A DNA stretch of 64,000 bases from Phoronis australis (Eukaryota; Animalia; Phoronida), in the NCBI GenBank assembly GCA_002633005.1, contig NMRA01000022.1, positions 110,877 to 174,876 of the forward strand, read 5' to 3'. The notes under the pieces are model-generated. The model made no database searches. It had not been told where the DNA came from and saw only the letters and a list, made by a program, of their open reading frames with translations. How positions within the stretch are numbered: position 1 is the stretch's first letter; each line of letters starts with the position of its first letter. Shown here piece after piece: positions 58,601-64,000 of the stretch. Position numbers and translations under genes: made by a program.

Positions 58601-60429
58601 AACTACAGTAAACATATCTAAACATCCAACTTCATCTAATTTTTTCAGCAGCGACATTTAAGAAGACAGCTCGTACCATCGCAGATTACAGAAATGCAGA
58701 ACTCTACCATTTTACCATCAAATGACATTGCATAATCTTGTCGGCAGAAAAATATGCTTAGGAACACTCATTCATGTTCTGGTAGTACTTCGTTTTCAGT
58801 TAATTTAAAGGGCTACTAAACCCTGTTTTGGCATAATGATTTTCTATCTAGCTCTCTAAAACTAGAGGTAATGTTCTGTAACCCTCGTTAGCCTTCAAAC
58901 ATTTATAGCATGTATGAAAACTTGCAGGTTCTGTTAACTTGGCAAGTGTGACCAGCAGACAACTGTGGGGATTAACTTAACATCTAAACAAACACATACT
59001 CCGGTATGACACAGTGAGAAGTGTTTTTAGTTGAATACTGCTTTTATCACTCCGATTGCGATAACGGAACATTAGCTGACAACAAGTAAAGCTGAAAGCA
59101 CCAAGGTTTAGTGAAGACATTATCTGCAAGAGTTGTAAATGAAACATGATCACTCATTTGATGTCAACAAAAAGTCACTGGAATCAGGTTTATATCATTA
59201 GATACAGCAGCGGAATATGATAACCGAGAATTATTTAAAGAACCACTTCTCAAGATGGAGCTCTTACAAGGGCTCCTTCAGAAACAAAGTTAAAGTGAAA
59301 AGCCCCCACAGAGTTTCTTAAGATCATTTCACAGGTCTCGTACATGTGAAAAAGAGGGCTACTTTTTCACTTTTTAACTAAAGGACCACAGTCAACAGAA
59401 ATGTCAGATTTCTGTTTGGCAGCGAACAAGTCGACAATGTAAAACCTTCCATGTGAAACATACTTTTAAAGTATACTTTTTAAAAAACCATGACTACGGG
59501 TGGCCAAATTTCCGAAAAGCACAACCCTTTTTTGAAAGAACCTCCCAGGGTTTATTGGATGCAAGAAGAGAACATTTCCAAAAGAGCTCCTGCAGACTCT
59601 TTCGGGCCTGGTAATTTTTAATGTATAGCCAGACTTGCCAATATGTAGACTAGCTACTTGACAACTCCAAGAAAAAGGTATCAGCACGGTTGGCCAAACC
59701 CGGTACACCCTGAAGCGTTAGTAGTTGATGATTTTGATGGACTCGTTGATAACGGATTAGAATACCATCACAAAGAGATGCTATGATATCGATTTTATGA
59801 GAGTGAAACGCATTGAATCCAGCTGAGCACGGAGAAGTGCCCCTTTAAACAACCTGTCACACTAATGCAAGAGGCAGAGAGTGGGTTGTAGACTCCTTGG
59901 CCCCTCCTCTGCATATTTCAATAAACACAAATACTCTGACAAAATCAAGTTACAACTAATACGGCAAAAGCCATTAATGTTGAAGAAAATGCACAAGAAA
60001 TCACCATCACAAAAGATCGTGATCAATAGATTTCAGTTCAAAACAAAGCATAACAATCCAGTATGTCCATGCAAAGGATAACAGTGCATATGAACTTGAA
60101 TAACGAATTCTTAGTAAGAAGAAATCCTGCTACCCAGGAAGTACTTGCAATGTTCTCATGTCATGGCACATTGTCAGACTTTGTCAAAGCGTTATGTTTA
60201 TCGTAACCAATACATGTTTAACCTATTAAATAATTTCTTTTATCTGAACGAAATAAACAAAAAGGCAAATGATTAACTCGACAAAATCAACCACAAGGTA
60301 AATCTTTCTAATTCCTCAATGAGTTCTCAAAGTACACGACGAGAAACAAGACGACTTTAAATAAAGCTTGCAAAACTGGAAAGCATTGATCCATGTAAAC
60401 TTGTGTAAAGCATTTGCCCATAAACAACA

Positions 60430-60987
60430 TCATCTCCTACCATAAGCACTATTATAGGTGGTTACCCAGACCATATTCTTCGACTCGCTTTGGTAAACAT
60501 CAGGGATAGGCCCCATTGAAGACGACACCATACTGACAGAGTTCCGTCCCTTCAATTTTCTCTCGTACTCCACCAGCTGTCGCCAGAATCCAACGTTAGG
60601 GCGAATGACAGACCGTTTCTTCTTGACAAAGTCATGCGCCTGCCTCAACGTCATCTTGTGGTACTTCATCAGAAATGCTATGCAAAGGGATGAAGAGCGA
60701 CTGACGCCAGCCATACAGTGAACCAGCGTCTTCTGGTTTCTTTGCCGATTCCTCTGGATCCAGTCAGCGGCTTTGTCAAAATACGGTGCCAGCTGAGCAT
60801 GCGGCTCATCATTTACATTGATACGTATTGTTTCAAAACTTTTGGCATCCAGACAGGGGAAGTCTATGGTTGCATTGATGATATGAGTTATCCCTTTTGC
60901 CTTCAGCCTCTCTGGAGAAATAGCCATAGCACTACACAAGAACAAGTGGTCTGTGATTGGTGCAATTTGATTAAAAATGCCCGCCAT
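60430..60987 (-). CDS. DUSP14: Atypical dual-specificity protein phosphatase (DUSP14/18/21-like), 185 aa, single coding exon
   Basis: IAPITDHLFL, GITHIINAT, D-loop NDEP, active site VHCMAGVSRS, AFLMKY and RSVIRPNVGFWRQL. The true start is ATG 60987 because an in-frame TAG lies at 60999-60997. Exact orthologue within the subfamily is uncertain. Confidence 0.9.
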   Translation of the reverse strand: MAGIFNQIAPITDHLFLCSAMAISPERLKAKGITHIINATIDFPCLDAKSFETIRINVNDEPHAQLAPYFDKAADWIQRNRQRNQKTLVHCMAGVSRSSSLCIAFLMKYHKMTLRQAHDFVKKKRSVIRPNVGFWRQLVEYERKLKGRNSVSMVSSSMGPIPDVYQSESKNMVWVTTYNSAYGRR

Positions 60988-63328
60988 GTCTTTCAACTAC
61001 GCACACCAATGACGACCTCCTGGTTCGTGCAAATTATCTGTGGAATAAAAGATAAAAGGTTTAGTTTACAAAGCGTGACTTTAAGCCACGTGTCTTGTCC
61101 AAGTTGCAAGGAAATGAAGCTGATGGCTCTTCTGCCACCACAAATCTGTACCATTGGTGAAAAACAGAGACCTAAAATCAGAAAAGTCTTTCGTGTGAAC
61201 TTGAAATTGAACTACAACCCCTAGCACCAGGACAGCCTTACATAGATACTGTCAAGAAAGGCTTGAGTGTATAACAGCTACCTCACTTAACTCGTCCCTT
61301 TTGGTGCCGTTCAAAAACAAATTATCCATCGTTGTGACAAATTAAGTGCGACATACATGTACAGGCTTTGGGATAAAAGATGTGTATCAATTTTTACATC
61401 ACCAATTTCTGATGGTAAGAATGTGTACTTTGATAAGTTCAGATTTCAGTTGTTTTCGCCATGATTTATATTTTCTAGATCCAAATTCATTGTAAATGTT
61501 TTTTCTTTGAATAAAACAATTACCGTGAAACCCTATGTGCGAAATATTTTTTCTATTCAAATGTTTCACATGTGGGTGATGAGCCTATTCCGCAAGTACG
61601 TACATGCATGCCTATGTATTTTACTTGTTAAAGGACGACAGAAAAACTACAGGATGCGAGACACCAAGTCTGATTAAAACCATTCCATGCTATGGAGAAG
61701 TAATTGAGGTTAGCCAATGAGGATGCATTGGAGACTGTGTTGTACAGAGTTGAAACATTTTTATGATTAATGTCTAACTTTGACAGCTCTTTGCATGCAC
61801 TCTAGCAATACCCATGGCTGAAGCTTTTTGGCGAGTTTTGCTTCACACTGACTAAGCCAACAAAGTCACTTGCGTTGCTATAAGTTCCTTTTGAACATGC
61901 AGACACCTTAAGAAACCACTGATATTTTTTATTCCTTCCAACTCGAAGAAATATTCTCGCAATCAACATTTCTTTCCAAATACCGAATAGGCCTGCATTT
62001 AGTTACCAAAATCCCGAAAGAGCCATTTCGGTTTTGACAGCATCATTGCTACAGCATGAAAAATTTTAAATTACACCAGTAAGCTAATGAGTAATACACT
62101 ACACTAGTGATCTCGTTAAGCTCACTAGTGCCTGAAACTTGGCTGCCAGGGTTACATTTTTACACTGCTCATGCCAAGGGATATGACGTCATATCTCTTG
62201 GTGCAAGCAGTGCAAAAATGGCCACTTGATGATTTGGGTAACTGATCGAAGAACTGCTCGAAAAAAATTTTTATTGGGGAAAATTATGACAGCTAGGAAG
62301 AGTAAAAGACACCAACTGCCTCCTAAGGTGTCCGTCTATATGCAAAAGGTATTTATAGCAACATGATTTTGATGGTTTAATCAAACTGAGGCATAATTCG
62401 CTGAAAAGCTTCCGCCATATGGATGGCCAATCGGGTGGCCACCATCTCTACTTTCACTGGCCACTTGAGACGGCAGTACTGTTTAACTGTCTACATGAAA
62501 TCAAACTATCATGACCATATACAAGTCAATTGGTGACGACTTACGCAAACAATTTTGCATGCAAAGGCCAGGACAGATCCCATTTTTAACTAGGACTTTA
62601 TGCGGAAACTTAAAAACGACTTAACCATGAGCTTTCACATGTAAATGAATGGGTGTGCAATCAGGACCAAGAAAAGTTATGCAGCTACTATAGAACTGCT
62701 GTACGTCAACTTGAAATCCTGCTTAATCTCAAGATTAAGCGGATGTGAGTGTTGCGTGAACTTGGAAAACACAAGGCAACTTGACAAGTTCACTCAAATA
62801 ATCACATTCATGTTCATAGAAATCAAGTTGCATTTGAATAAATAATGTCAATTTTAACCAAACTTTTCAACTACGGGTGATCAGTTTCAACAAACAATAA
62901 TCTATTTAGCCATTCACATATTCCTCTGGTTCAGCGACACAAGTTACAGTAAAGGAGAAAATGGTTGATCGCGAGGACAATAATTACAAAAATTATTTCC
63001 ACCGAACAAAAATTTCACCTTTTTGCCTTTAAGAATATTCAATTCCCAGTTTACGCAACACTCACTTCTGCTTAATCTTGGGATTAAGCAGGATTCCAAG
63101 TTCACGCACAGCAGAAAAATGGTTAGTGACTGTTGTTGACTTTAGTTTTGTTTTGTTGTGAAGAACTTGTGCGCAAATCTGAAAGTGAAACGGCAGCCGG
63201 TTGGTCAGTGTCGCCGTCGGATGTCTTTAAATTCTAGTTTCGGACAGTAGACTCTATATTCGGTAACTGAATGACGGATACAAGTTTCCATGCGGATGGA
63301 CATAAAAGGAACGTTATCCTTTACTTAC

Positions 63329-63420
63329 CACAGAGAGTTTGTTTCGCTCCAACGAAAACATAACAAATGCAGATAGACAGTTTATTTCCGTTTCCGTTTC
63401 CAGGACCCAAAGAACCCGGA
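63329..63420 (-). other. Candidate non-coding first exon of the DUSP gene
   Basis: Strong donor TG|GTAAGT at 63328 pairs with acceptor TTCCACAG| at 61038, upstream of the DUSP ATG. The 5' boundary is approximate. Confidence 0.5.
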
Positions 63421-63778
63421 TCTAGGTCAAGCTTGACTTCGAGACATGGCCAGCGCGGAAGATGAACCGTGGGAAGAAGACGTAAGTTTAGCCCCATTCA
63501 TAAGCTGTAAACCTGTGACCTGTTTTAACTCGGTAATCATTGGCGAGACACTGTCTGTATGAATTAAAGATTAACGCCAATAGAGTTAGGAACTCGGGGC
63601 CCTCGTTCATCCTAGGGGAAAGGTGCCTGTGCTGTGGCTGTCTCCTCTGGCTCTAGCTCTGTCTCTGAGCAAGGAGTGTAGTAGTATAGGAGAGTTCACT
63701 TGTGAGTTCGCTGTTACCGCTACTACTAGCGCCGCCAAGTGGTGAACAAGCTACGGTCAACCAGGAAGCGCCAAAACA

Positions 63779-63876
63779 ATGGGGACGGACGCATTTTGCA
63801 GTGCGATAAATTGCATGAATTCATCCACGAAAACCCCAGACGTGTCATTTTGTAGGTTTCCTAAGGATCCAGAAAG
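63779..63876 (+). CDS. THAP-domain protein, first coding exon (continues beyond the window)
   Basis: AAACA-ATG context. MGTDAFCSAINCMNSSTKTPDVSFCRFPKDPER fits the THAP N-terminus (C-x4-C..FP.D..R). Donor AG|GTAAGG, phase 2. Confidence 0.85.
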
Positions 63877-64000
63877 GTAAGGATTGTCTGTTATTCAATA
63901 ATATGATACATTGTCTTTCATTTTGTTTGTTCTGTTCACGGTTGTTAGACAAGTCGATCGCAGTCCCGGTGCCCGGCACTGTCTGTTGTCTGCAGTGTAG

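Noticed and set aside
60718-61224. 168-aa plus-strand ORF
   Set aside because: Antisense shadow of the DUSP CDS with no recognisable motif.

Overview
Intron-rich, AT-rich animal DNA, probably from an invertebrate; the species cannot be determined from the sequence. Most short ORFs in the supplied track are spurious. Four genes are supported. (1) A divergent dystroglycan on the minus strand (exons 7749-8051, 4784-5506, 3321-4463 and <1-628) runs off the left edge. (2) A complete 13-exon novel protein kinase C of the delta/theta class lies on the plus strand (CDS 37908-55642, 698 aa, all splice phases consistent). (3) An atypical dual-specificity phosphatase (DUSP14/18/21-like) with one coding exon lies on the minus strand (60430-60987). 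(4) The first exon of a THAP zinc-finger protein (63779-63876) runs off the right edge. Introns contain several MITEs, a SINE, a LINE 3' end, and a decayed Gypsy LTR provirus with a nested insertion in PKC intron 6. I found no convincing new multi-gene system. The best leads are gene-structure oddities: a tandemly duplicated PKC splice donor that would give a regulatory-domain-only product, a splice-phase gap and in-frame TAG in the dystroglycan gene, divergence of key dystroglycan motifs, and a 62-nt hairpin with perfect 25-bp arms.
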